A stretch of 63,847 nucleotides of DNA, taken from an uncultured Bdellovibrionales bacterium. GTDB taxonomy: Bacteria; Patescibacteriota; Minisyncoccia; Moranbacterales; UBA1568. The stretch lies in the NCBI GenBank assembly GCA_964420045.1, contig CAYQPQ010000003.1, positions 1-63,847 of the forward strand, written 5' to 3'. Below the pieces are notes generated by a model. It was not told the DNA's origin. It made no database searches and saw only the letters and a program-made list of their open reading frames with translations. This document shows positions 17,683-26,950 of the stretch, piece after piece. Position 1 is the first letter of the stretch; every line of letters begins with the position of its first letter. Both the position numbers and the translations under genes were made by a program.

Positions 17683-18129
17683 ATGCAGACGAAGGTGGTG
17701 TTTATACAGACAGTGGATGGCATCGCGAAAGCGGGCGATGTTCGAATTGTTTCGGCGGGATATGCGCGGAATTTCCTGTTTCCGAAAGAACTTGCCGAAC
17801 CGGGGACGGAGCAGGCGCTTCGCGCCGCTGAGATGCGCCGAGCAAAAGAGGCAAAACGGGAGAATGATTTGCTTGCCAAAGTAAAAGAGGAGTCACAGGC
17901 GCTGCGCGAGCGAGAGGTTCGTATTGCCGTGAAGGAGAAAGATGGCGTCATGTTCGGATCGGTTACGGCGAAAGATATCGTCAAGGCGCTCGAGAAAGAC
18001 GGTGTCGTCGTTTCAGAGAGACACATTGTTTTGCCGAAACCGCTCAAGACGCTTGGCGAACATGAATTGACTGCCGATTTTGGTCATGGTATATCGGTGC
18101 CGTTTGTGGTACTCTTAAAAGGTGAGTAG
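17683..18129 (+). CDS. rplI: 50S ribosomal protein L9
   Basis: MQTKVVFIQTVDGIAKAGDVRIVSAGYARNFLFPKELA is a typical L9 N-terminus; 148 aa. Confidence 0.9.
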   Translation: MQTKVVFIQTVDGIAKAGDVRIVSAGYARNFLFPKELAEPGTEQALRAAEMRRAKEAKRENDLLAKVKEESQALREREVRIAVKEKDGVMFGSVTAKDIVKALEKDGVVVSERHIVLPKPLKTLGEHELTADFGHGISVPFVVLLKGE

Positions 18130-18219
18130 AAAAAGGATAAGTACCTTTCAGGACAGGTAGGGGAGTCGCTTCAAAAAGCGGCTCTCTGTCTTTATGAAAA
18201 GAAAGAAGCGAATATTTTT

Positions 18220-18249
18220 TTGAAGCGCTGAATTGGCGTTTCGCATAAT
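18220..18249 (+). promoter_or_regulatory. Candidate sigma70-type promoter for pyrG
   Basis: TTGAAG (18220-18225), 18-nt spacer, CATAAT (18244-18249). Sequence match only. Confidence 0.3.
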
Positions 18250-18270
18250 CCGGTAATGATTGGAGTCTCT

Positions 18271-19929
18271 ATGGCAAAGCTAGAGAAAAAACGAACACGA
18301 TTTATTTTCGTGGTGGGAGGTGTGATGAGTGGCGTGGGAAAGGGCATAGCTTCTTCGTCCATCGGAAGAATTCTTGAATCGCGCGGCTTTAATGTAACGG
18401 CGCTCAAAATCGATCCGTATATAAATGTTGATGCCGGTACGATGAGTCCGACCGAGCATGGAGAGGTGTTCGTGCTCCAAGACGGATATGAAACCGATCA
18501 GGACATGGGCAATTACGAACGCTTCCTGGGGAAGAGTCTCTCGCGAGAGAATTACATGACGACAGGGAGTGTCTATCAATCAGTGATCAATCGTGAGCGG
18601 AATTTGAAATACAATGGCGCTTGTGTCGAAGTGGTGCCACATATTCCATTGGAAGTGATTTCCCGCATCAAGCGCGCCGCAGCAAATGACGAAGCGGATA
18701 TTGCCATCATAGAAATCGGCGGAACTATCGGGGAATATCAGAATATCCTCTTTCTCGAAGCGGCGCGCATGATGAAAATCCACCATCCGGAAGACGTGCT
18801 GTTTGTGCTCGTGAGTTATTTGCCTGTTCCTAACAAGATAGGCGAGATGAAAACAAAACCGACGCAGTATGCCGCGCGGACACTCAATGGCGCCGGTATT
18901 CAGCCAGATATTATTATTGCTCGAAGTGACCATTCGCTGGATGAGAAGCGCAAGGAGAAGATTGCTGTTTTTTGCAATGTAAAGAAAGAAGATGTCGTGA
19001 GCGCGCCGGATGTCGAGAGTATCTACGATGTTCCGGTCAATTTTGAGAAAGACAACCTCAGCACACTCATTCTCAAGAAGCTCGGACTGCGAGCGAAAAT
19101 GAAAGACATGAAACAGTGGAACGGCCTTGTTTCTCGTATTCACGGTCTTGAGGAAACTGTCAAAATTGGCATTGTTGGGAAGTACTTTAAAACAGGGGAC
19201 TTTGTCTTATCCGATGTGTATATTAGTGTCATAGAAGCGATCAAGCATGCTGCCTATTCACTTCGTCGCAAACCGATCATCGAGTGGCTCGAGAGCAGTA
19301 CCTATGAAAGCGATCCCTCGTCTCTTCGGGAACTTTCGAATTATGATGGCATTCTCATTCCCGGAGGTTTCGGCTCGCGCGGTATTGAAGGGAAGATTTC
19401 CGCCATTGGGTACTGTCGTGAGAAGAAGATTCCCTACTTCGGACTGTGCTATGGTATGCAGCTTGCCGTTGTCGAGTATGCGAGAAATGTTGCCGGTCTT
19501 GAAGGTGCCAACACGGTGGAAATCGACGAACGTACACCGAATCCCGTTATTGATATTATGCCGGAGCAAAAGGAACGATTGAAGAAAAAAGAATACGGCG
19601 CCACCATGCGCCTGGGTGCTTATCCGGCAACGTTGAAAAAAGAAACCATTGCACGGAACGCCTATGGTCGGAAAGATATATCCGAGCGGCATCGTCACCG
19701 ATACGAGGTAAATCCCGAATATGTTGAACAATTGGAAAGGGCGGGTCTTGTGTTCTCCGGCACCTCGCCGGACGGCACGCTGATGGAAATCGCCGAAATC
19801 CCTCGCGAAAAACACCCGTTCTTTCTGGGTACGCAGTTTCACCCGGAATTCCAATCCGCGCCGCTCAATCCCCATCCGCTCTTCGTCGAATTCCTCAAAG
19901 CAAGCATCTCGGCATCGGGGAAGAACTAA
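18271..19929 (+). CDS. pyrG: CTP synthase
   Basis: FIFVVGGVMSGVGKGIASSSIG, a C-terminal glutamine amidotransferase (GLCYGMQLA, HRHRYEV). ATG 18271 is preceded by GGAG; the listed ORF starts at 18256. Confidence 0.92.
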   Translation: MAKLEKKRTRFIFVVGGVMSGVGKGIASSSIGRILESRGFNVTALKIDPYINVDAGTMSPTEHGEVFVLQDGYETDQDMGNYERFLGKSLSRENYMTTGSVYQSVINRERNLKYNGACVEVVPHIPLEVISRIKRAAANDEADIAIIEIGGTIGEYQNILFLEAARMMKIHHPEDVLFVLVSYLPVPNKIGEMKTKPTQYAARTLNGAGIQPDIIIARSDHSLDEKRKEKIAVFCNVKKEDVVSAPDVESIYDVPVNFEKDNLSTLILKKLGLRAKMKDMKQWNGLVSRIHGLEETVKIGIVGKYFKTGDFVLSDVYISVIEAIKHAAYSLRRKPIIEWLESSTYESDPSSLRELSNYDGILIPGGFGSRGIEGKISAIGYCREKKIPYFGLCYGMQLAVVEYARNVAGLEGANTVEIDERTPNPVIDIMPEQKERLKKKEYGATMRLGAYPATLKKETIARNAYGRKDISERHRHRYEVNPEYVEQLERAGLVFSGTSPDGTLMEIAEIPREKHPFFLGTQFHPEFQSAPLNPHPLFVEFLKASISASGKN

Positions 19930-19961
19930 GGGGACTATTCACAGTGTTATTTTCTCTGTAT

Positions 19962-20372
19962 ATGGAAACGTTCTCATATCTCGGAATTGATTGGGGCGAG
20001 AAAAAGGTGGGTGTGGCGATTGCTGATTCGGAGACGAAGATGGCATTCTCCCTTGCAACGTTCTCGAATGATGCCAAACTTCTCGATGCTTTGGGGGAAA
20101 TTATCAGGGCGCGAACGGTGCGAGATATCGTGATCGGCATTCCGTCGCATGTGAACCGTGAACGAGTGGAGTATGGCGGAGAGAAACTTGGCAAACGGCT
20201 TGCCGAACGATTTCAGGTAGCGATTTACTACGAAAACGAAATGTTCACGACCAAAATGGCGCGTGCCGAACTCATTGCGCGCGGCGTTCGAGGACATCTC
20301 GACGCTCAAGACGATCGCGAGGCCGCCCGGATTATTCTCGAGAGCTTTCTCGCGGGAAAGGGAACATTGTGA
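19962..20372 (+). CDS. ruvX: Holliday junction resolvase-like nuclease RuvX/YqgF
   Basis: YLGIDWGEKKVGVAIAD N-terminal motif. ATG 19962 preferred over the listed GTG at 19944. Confidence 0.8.
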   Translation: METFSYLGIDWGEKKVGVAIADSETKMAFSLATFSNDAKLLDALGEIIRARTVRDIVIGIPSHVNRERVEYGGEKLGKRLAERFQVAIYYENEMFTTKMARAELIARGVRGHLDAQDDREAARIILESFLAGKGTL

Positions 20373-20419
20373 TACACTGAGAGTGTTCGGGGGTATAATT
20401 TCTCTTCCCTTTATTTTCT

Positions 20420-21211
20420 ATGGAATCACAGCCTTTTGTCTCGGTCATCATTCCGGCATACAAAGAAGGTGACCGTATCGGGACAACGCTTTTGGAAATC
20501 GGCAAGTACTTCAAACAAAAAGATCTTCCCTATGAAATTCTCGTTGTGGTGGACGGATCACCGGACAATACGGCGGAAATCGCCAGGAACTACGCGCTCC
20601 ACGTCGACAATATCCGCGTGATCGACAATCCGGAAAATCATGGAAAAGGATATGTGGTGCGACAAGGGCTTCTCGCGGCAAAAGGAGAATACCGGCTTTT
20701 TATGGATGCGGACGGTTCGACGGCGATTACGCATCTCGAGACATTTCTTCCGGCGATAACCGAGGAAGGGAATGATGTCGTGATCGGATCGCGCGATATC
20801 GAGGGCGCATTTGTGCAGGTGCATCAGCCTCGGTATCGGGAAATCATGGGCGATATGGGCAATTGGGCGATTCGCATTGTCTTGGGACTATGGTCGTATC
20901 CGGATACGCAGTGTGGATTTAAGATGCTTTCAGCACGGGCGGCGGAGGCGATAGCGAGCCGCATGGTGGTGGATCGATTCGGTTTTGATTACGAGCTTAT
21001 TATCTTGGCACACAAGCTCGGATTCAAGGTGAAACAATTGCCGGTTCGATGGCTCAATGAAGAGGGCTCGACAGTGGGCGGGCTCTTCGGACCGAATGGC
21101 TTTTTGCAGGTGCTCATTGATCTTTTCAAGACAAAGTGGCGGCTTGTGATCGGCGCCTACCGACTCGGCGAGTATGTTCCGGAAGAGAAGAAAGCGGAGG
21201 CTAGTCGCTAG
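20420..21211 (+). CDS. GT2 glycosyltransferase (dolichyl/polyprenyl-phosphate beta-glucosyltransferase-like, no TM)
   Basis: VSVIIPAYKEGDRI, ILVVVDGSPDNT, FMDADGS, QCGFK. Confidence 0.7.
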   Translation: MESQPFVSVIIPAYKEGDRIGTTLLEIGKYFKQKDLPYEILVVVDGSPDNTAEIARNYALHVDNIRVIDNPENHGKGYVVRQGLLAAKGEYRLFMDADGSTAITHLETFLPAITEEGNDVVIGSRDIEGAFVQVHQPRYREIMGDMGNWAIRIVLGLWSYPDTQCGFKMLSARAAEAIASRMVVDRFGFDYELIILAHKLGFKVKQLPVRWLNEEGSTVGGLFGPNGFLQVLIDLFKTKWRLVIGAYRLGEYVPEEKKAEASR

Positions 21212-21338
21212 ATGGATACGTATTGCTTGCGAGAAGATGCTTTTTGGCATGGTATCGGTTCTTTCTTTGAAGTGAGTAGTGTGTTGGGCGCTGCTTTTGT
21301 GAGATGTTCGGTACAAGTGAATCCTATAAAACAAAACT

Positions 21339-22382
21339 GTGAACGAAAGTTCTCAAAAAGGATCTGAAAAAGAATCGTCTGCTCAGATATCACCCGTGTC
21401 CGAGTTGCGGCAGGATATCGTGACCGGGGACTGGGTGGTTATTGCAACGGGGCGCTCCAAACGTCCGGATGAGTTTGCGCATCACGATCATGAGTCGAGT
21501 GATGTTGGAATCGAGCATTGCCCCTTTGAAAATCCCGAAGCAACCGGACAAGAAAAAGACGTCTTGATCTATACCTCGGGAGACAGCCATTGGACGCTCC
21601 GAGTCTTCCCGAATAAATACCCGGCATTTTCGCGCGGCAAAGTGCCTCGCCAAATCGGCGAAGGGCCGTATTTCTCGATGACGGGATCGGGCTATCATGA
21701 AGTGATCGTGACACGCGATCATTATAACCAACTGGCCACGATGGAGTCATGGCAGGTGGCGGAAGTGCTCGATGCGTATCAAGATCGATATCTCTCGCTC
21801 ATGAAGAAAAAGAGCGTGAACTATATTCAGATATTTCACAATCACGGCAAAGCTTCCGGCGCCTCTCTCCCGCACCCACATTCGCAGCTCATGGCAATAC
21901 CGGTCGTTTCGCCCTATATTCAGTTGGAGTTGAAAGGCGCGGAGGCGTATTTTCGGAGCACGCGCAAGAAAGTGTATTCCGTAATGGCTGAATACGAGCG
22001 CGAAATAAAGACTCGCATGGTGTATGAAAACGATCTCTTTATTGCCTTTTGCCCCTATGCGTCTCGCGCGGCATTCGAAGTGTGGGTGATGCCGAAAAAA
22101 TCCTCGCCGTACTTTGAACGAATAAACGATGAGGAGAAGCTTCTTGCGGGAGAAGCGCTTCGTGCGGCGCTCTTCTCAATCTATCGCGGACTTGGCGATC
22201 CGTCGTACAACTTTTACCTTCATACCGCACCATGCGACGGGCGAGACTATCCGCACTACGGCTGGCACATCGAGATTCTTCCGAAGACGTCCGTTTGGGC
22301 GGGATTCGAACTCTCAACTGGCATTGAAGTCTCTTCCCTTGAGCCGGAAAGGGCTGCGGAATATTTGCGAGGGCAACTCTAG
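21339..22382 (+). CDS. galT: Galactose-1-phosphate uridylyltransferase family protein (HIT branch III)
   Basis: HNHGKASGASLPHPHSQLMA active-site block. The N-terminal CPFENPE replaces the usual CPFC zinc motif. Confidence 0.75.
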   Translation: MNESSQKGSEKESSAQISPVSELRQDIVTGDWVVIATGRSKRPDEFAHHDHESSDVGIEHCPFENPEATGQEKDVLIYTSGDSHWTLRVFPNKYPAFSRGKVPRQIGEGPYFSMTGSGYHEVIVTRDHYNQLATMESWQVAEVLDAYQDRYLSLMKKKSVNYIQIFHNHGKASGASLPHPHSQLMAIPVVSPYIQLELKGAEAYFRSTRKKVYSVMAEYEREIKTRMVYENDLFIAFCPYASRAAFEVWVMPKKSSPYFERINDEEKLLAGEALRAALFSIYRGLGDPSYNFYLHTAPCDGRDYPHYGWHIEILPKTSVWAGFELSTGIEVSSLEPERAAEYLRGQL

Positions 22383-22433
22383 TTTCTTGAGAATCACCGA
22401 GTTCCGTTTAATTGAGAGTATAAGGATTGCTTA

Positions 22434-23222
22434 ATGCGTCGTATGCGATACGTAGTTGCCAATTTGAAGATGAAGCTCGTCTCGAAAGAGGAGAATTTGG
22501 AATATCTCGCAACGCTCTCGGAGACGATGAAAGGGTGGAAAGGGGATGATGTCAGGGTTATAGTGTGTCCATCGTTTCCGTTTTTGGGTGAATTCAACAA
22601 GAAACTTCCAAAGCGGGTAGCTCTTGGTGCGCAGGATGTCGCATCGGATGATGTTGGAGCCTTTACCGGAGACGTATCGCCAAAGTCTCTGACTGACTTT
22701 GGTGTGACCTATACACTTGTTGGACACAGCGAACGGCGAGAATTTCACGGTGAGTCGGATATACTTCTTGGAAAGAAACTCATCACATCTCTGCGGAATG
22801 GTATGCAACCGATATTCTGTGTAGGGGAAACCTCAGTAGAACGTTCGACGGGAAAAACATTTTCGGTGATACGTCGACAAATTGAGTCGGCATGCGGCGA
22901 TATTTCTTCCGAGGAAATAAAACGTGTTATCATGGCGTATGAACCGAGGTGGGCAATCGGTGCGGAACAAACACCTTCGTCAAATGAAATCTTAGAGGTG
23001 ATTATTGCTATCAGACGGACACTGGTGGAAATGTTCACTCGCGATACTGCGGATGCACTCCCGATTCTCTACGGCGGATCGGTATCGGCAGATCGAGTGA
23101 GTGATGTTCTTCGTACCTCGGGACTCGCCGGCGTGCTCATTGGTCGGGAGGGTCTTGTGCCAAGGGAAATTGTCAGGCTTTCAGAGATGCTGTTGCGTAA
23201 TTCAGTAAAGGAATCCGTATGA
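22434..23222 (+). CDS. tpiA: Triosephosphate isomerase
   Basis: VANLKM, VGHSERR, AYEPRWAIG, YGGSV. The stop overlaps the fba start (ATGA). Confidence 0.88.
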   Translation: MRRMRYVVANLKMKLVSKEENLEYLATLSETMKGWKGDDVRVIVCPSFPFLGEFNKKLPKRVALGAQDVASDDVGAFTGDVSPKSLTDFGVTYTLVGHSERREFHGESDILLGKKLITSLRNGMQPIFCVGETSVERSTGKTFSVIRRQIESACGDISSEEIKRVIMAYEPRWAIGAEQTPSSNEILEVIIAIRRTLVEMFTRDTADALPILYGGSVSADRVSDVLRTSGLAGVLIGREGLVPREIVRLSEMLLRNSVKESV

Positions 23223-24148
23223 TAGCAAGTGTAAAAGATATTCTCACAAAGGCGCAGGAGGGAAAATACGCGGTCGGTGCGTTTAATACCGTGAATCTCG
23301 AGACGACACACGCCATTCTCCATGCGGCATCCGAACTTCGGTCGCCGGTTATCGTGCAAATGACGGAAAAGACTCTGGATTATGCCGGAGGACGGGCGAT
23401 TTATCATCTCGTGCGCGATTTGGCGGAGTGTTACTATCCGAATATTCCCGTAGGCATTCATCTCGATCACGGCAAGAGCTATGAATTAGTGGAACGGGCA
23501 GTTGATATTGGCTTCACATCGGTCATGTATGATGGATCTCGCAAGAAATATGTCGACAACGCTGCGATGACGAAGCGGGTTGTGGATCTCTGCCAAAGCC
23601 GCGACGTATGCGTGCAAGGTGAGCTCGGCAGCGTGCCCTATATCGGCGAAGCGTCAACGCAAACAATTATATGGGAAGAATACATGACGGATCCGGAAGA
23701 AGCGTGTCGATTTGTCGAGGAAACGGGCATTGATACGCTGGCTATTGCAATAGGGAATGCGCACGGATTTTTCCCAGAGCGTCCCGAACCGGATTATGCC
23801 CGTCTCGAGAAGTTGCGACGGTGCGTTCGAGTGCCGATTGTGCTGCATGGCGCATCGGATTGGGATGGTGATCGAGTCTCGAAGGTTATTGGGCTCGGCG
23901 TATCGTGTTTTAACGTCGATACTGCGATTCGATTGAGCTTCCTGAGTCAACTCTCTCAGACGCTTGCCGGCGGCGACGAGACAGACATTCGGAAAGCACT
24001 CGGCGCGGCGCGAAGGAGTGCTGAGGCGGCGGTATGGAAGAAGATTGAGTCGTTTGGTTCAGCTGGGAAAGCAGAGGGGGTGGGGAAAAAACCGAAAAGC
24101 GACGATGTCCGACTGGATGCAGACGTGGAGAATGTCAAAGGAGAATAA
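23219..24148 (+). CDS. fba: Class II fructose-bisphosphate aldolase
   Basis: GKYAVGAFNTVNLE, PVIVQ, HLDHG, MYDGS, AIGNAHG, VLHGAS. Confidence 0.88.
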   Translation: MIASVKDILTKAQEGKYAVGAFNTVNLETTHAILHAASELRSPVIVQMTEKTLDYAGGRAIYHLVRDLAECYYPNIPVGIHLDHGKSYELVERAVDIGFTSVMYDGSRKKYVDNAAMTKRVVDLCQSRDVCVQGELGSVPYIGEASTQTIIWEEYMTDPEEACRFVEETGIDTLAIAIGNAHGFFPERPEPDYARLEKLRRCVRVPIVLHGASDWDGDRVSKVIGLGVSCFNVDTAIRLSFLSQLSQTLAGGDETDIRKALGAARRSAEAAVWKKIESFGSAGKAEGVGKKPKSDDVRLDADVENVKGE

Positions 24149-24167
24149 ACAGGATAATGAAATTCTT

Positions 24168-25157
24168 ATGAAACGAGTTGCTATTAACGGGTTTGGACGA
24201 ATCGGGCGAACAGCATTCCGTATTTTGACAGAACGAGATGGCGTGGAAGTGGTTGCCATCAATGATCTTACCGATGCGGAAACGCTCGCTCACTTACTGA
24301 AACACGATACGGCGTACCGGGCATTTAACCGAGAAATTTCGTCAAAAGAAAGTGTGATTTTAGTTGACGGCAAGGAAATCCCCGTGCTGTCTGAGCCTGA
24401 TCCGGAGAAACTTCCGTGGGGAGATATGCATGTGGACGTGGTGCTCGAGTGTACGGGACGATTTGTGAAGGGCGATGCCGCCGGGAAACACATAACCGCA
24501 GGCGCGCAGAAAGTGATTCTCTCGGCGCCGGGAAAGGGAAGTGATATCCCGATGTATCTTATGGGTGTGAATGACGAGGTCTATCAAGGCGAACGCATCA
24601 TATCGAATGCGTCGTGCACGACGAATTGTCTTGCGCCGGTGGCACAGGTGATGCAGCAGACATTCGGTATCGAAAAGGCGATGATGACGACCGTGCACTC
24701 ATATACCGCCGATCAAAATTTGCAGGACGGGCCGCACAAAGATTTGCGCCGAGCGCGCGCGGCGGCGCAGAATATTGTGCCAACTACGACGGGCGCGGCG
24801 ATTGCTATCGGGGAAGTAGTGCCGGAAATACGCGGGAAATTCGACGGTTTGGCGATACGCGTGCCAACGTCAGTCGTGTCGCTTACGGATTTTACTTTTG
24901 TGCTCGGTCGCGACGTGACCGAAGAAGAGGTGAATGCGGCGCTCGAAGTGGCATCCAAATCCGATCGCTTCAAAGGCATTCTCGAGGTGACGAATGAGCC
25001 ATTGGTTTCCTCTGACTTCATCGGCAATCCGGCATCGTCAACCGTGGACCTTTCGCTTACCAAGGTGGTTGGCGGCAACCTCGTCAAGGTGGTTGCCTGG
25101 TATGACAATGAGTGGGGCTATTCCGAGCGGCTCGTTGATATGGCAATGATGGTATAG
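24168..25157 (+). CDS. gap: Glyceraldehyde-3-phosphate dehydrogenase
   Basis: MKRVAINGFGRIGR, SNASCTTNC, WYDNEWGYS. The listed ORF start (23964) overlaps fba and is rejected. Confidence 0.92.
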   Translation: MKRVAINGFGRIGRTAFRILTERDGVEVVAINDLTDAETLAHLLKHDTAYRAFNREISSKESVILVDGKEIPVLSEPDPEKLPWGDMHVDVVLECTGRFVKGDAAGKHITAGAQKVILSAPGKGSDIPMYLMGVNDEVYQGERIISNASCTTNCLAPVAQVMQQTFGIEKAMMTTVHSYTADQNLQDGPHKDLRRARAAAQNIVPTTTGAAIAIGEVVPEIRGKFDGLAIRVPTSVVSLTDFTFVLGRDVTEEEVNAALEVASKSDRFKGILEVTNEPLVSSDFIGNPASSTVDLSLTKVVGGNLVKVVAWYDNEWGYSERLVDMAMMV

Positions 25158-25217
25158 CGACAAAAAGTTTACCTTGGTGTAGCAAGTGATTGTCTGAAAA
25201 AAACAAAAAGATTTCGT

Positions 25218-26816
25218 ATGTACGATATCATTATAAAAAACGGGGCGGTGCTCGATGGGACGGGCGCGCGCGAGTTTGCGAGCGATATCGGTATCAAAGA
25301 GGGAATAATTGCGACGGTTGGTAATTTGAATGGCGAACACGCCGAGAGAGTTATTGATGCCAAAGGTTTGTATGTCGCGCCCGGTTTTGTGGATATCAAT
25401 AATCATTCCGATACGTATTGGCAGATATTTCTGAATCCCGATCTCGAGAGTCTCGTCCGGCAGGGGATTACGACAATTGTTGGCGGGAATTGCGGATCGT
25501 CTCTCGCGCCGCTCGCCGATCAATCCATGCTGCAGTCTATTCAGAAATGGACGGATATTCGGAATCTCAACCTCAACTGGCTGTCGACGAAAGAATTTCT
25601 TGAGGAAGTGGAGCGACGCGAACTCTCGGTGAATTTCGCGACGCTTTTGGGACACGGAACGCTTCGACGCGGATTTGTGCACGATGAGTCGAGACCGCTT
25701 CGAGCCGCGGAGCTTGCCGGTATGGAAAAGATGCTCAAGCAATCAATGCGCGAAGGATCACTTGGCATGTCATTGGGACTCGCCTATGTGCACGGACGGC
25801 ACGCAACGGAACACGAGCTTTCGACACTCGCAGCGGTAGTCGGGAAGTATGGCGGATTTTGTACGGCACACCTTCGAAGTGAAGGGAAAGAGCTCTCGGA
25901 GGCGGTTGCCGAGGCGATTGCTATGGCGAAAAGCTCCGGAGTGCGTCTCCATATATCGCATCTCAAGGCGGTTGGGAAACGATATTGGGAGTTTATGGAG
26001 CGCGCACTCTATCTTCTGGATGCGTCCGACTCAGAAGGCGTTGACGTTTCGTTTGATATATACCCCTATCGATCGACCGCGACGGTGCTCTACACGATCC
26101 TTCCTACGTGGATAACCGACGGCGGAAAGAAAATGATGTTTGAGCGGTTGCGCAATCCCGCTATTCGAGCCGAAGCGATTCGCGATCTCAAAGAGGAACA
26201 TATCGACTACTCTTCGGCGGTACTTTCGCTCTCGTCGCTCAACAAAATGATTACGCGCACAAATGTGCTCGAGATGGCGCATGCACAGGGCAAGACGCCG
26301 GAAGATGTCATTTTCGATGTGCTTCTCGCATCGGATGATCGCGCGATCGTGTCGCTCGACGCGCTTTCGGAAGAAAATATCGAGAAGGGACTCCGACATC
26401 CGTTTTCCATTGTGAGTACCAATGGCACGGGATACCCGGCGAATTACTCGGGAACGGGCGAGTCTATTCATCCGCGCTGCTTTGGAACATTCCCGCGTGT
26501 GCTCTTCCGCTATGTTCGCGAGCGAAAACTGCTCGGTTGGGAAGAAGCGATTCACAAGATGACCGGAAAACCAGCGGCAAAGGCTGGTCTGCAGAAGCGC
26601 GGCACAATTGCAATTGGGAATCATGCCGATATCGTCGTGATCAATCCGAATGAAGTCGAGGATCATGCGACATCGGAGAATCCCTATCAGTATCCGTCGG
26701 GCATTCCGTTTGTTGTTGTCAACGGAAAGATAGCAGTCGATGCCGGAGAGTATATGGGAAACCGAGCCGGAACCGTTCTGCGCCGTGAAGGCAGCTTTCT
26801 GGAACGATTTTGGTAG
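25218..26816 (+). CDS. Amidohydrolase of the D-aminoacylase (N-acyl-D-amino-acid deacylase) family
   Basis: MYDIIIKNGAVLDGTG...VIDAKGLYVAPGFVDINNHSD, GGNCGSS, TAHLRSEG, LHISHLK, ADIVVINP. The first His of the usual HxH motif is Asn here. Confidence 0.75.
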   Translation: MYDIIIKNGAVLDGTGAREFASDIGIKEGIIATVGNLNGEHAERVIDAKGLYVAPGFVDINNHSDTYWQIFLNPDLESLVRQGITTIVGGNCGSSLAPLADQSMLQSIQKWTDIRNLNLNWLSTKEFLEEVERRELSVNFATLLGHGTLRRGFVHDESRPLRAAELAGMEKMLKQSMREGSLGMSLGLAYVHGRHATEHELSTLAAVVGKYGGFCTAHLRSEGKELSEAVAEAIAMAKSSGVRLHISHLKAVGKRYWEFMERALYLLDASDSEGVDVSFDIYPYRSTATVLYTILPTWITDGGKKMMFERLRNPAIRAEAIRDLKEEHIDYSSAVLSLSSLNKMITRTNVLEMAHAQGKTPEDVIFDVLLASDDRAIVSLDALSEENIEKGLRHPFSIVSTNGTGYPANYSGTGESIHPRCFGTFPRVLFRYVRERKLLGWEEAIHKMTGKPAAKAGLQKRGTIAIGNHADIVVINPNEVEDHATSENPYQYPSGIPFVVVNGKIAVDAGEYMGNRAGTVLRREGSFLERFW

Positions 26817-26847
26817 CAGGGAAACCTATATGAATCGCAATGAGTAG

Positions 26848-26879
26848 AAGGGTCTTTCATTTGACCCTTTTGTCATTTT
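26848..26879 (+). terminator. Rho-independent terminator after the aminoacylase gene
   Basis: Stem AAGGGTC (26848-26854) / GACCCTT (26863-26869) followed by TTGTCATTTT. Confidence 0.55.
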
Positions 26880-26950
26880 GAAGCGCCAGCTTGATTCGAG
26901 GGTGCTTTTGGGGGTATGGTTGAGATGTTGGCGATGCTCTTATTTGCGCT

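Noticed and set aside
23964-24167. N-terminal extension of the gap ORF overlapping fba
   Set aside because: GAPDH homology begins at MKRVAINGFGRIGR (ATG 24168). The upstream part is Arg-rich noise within fba.
25038-25742. A 234-aa minus-strand ORF overlapping the end of gap and the start of the aminoacylase gene
   Set aside because: No motifs, and it crosses an intergenic region between two well-supported plus-strand genes.
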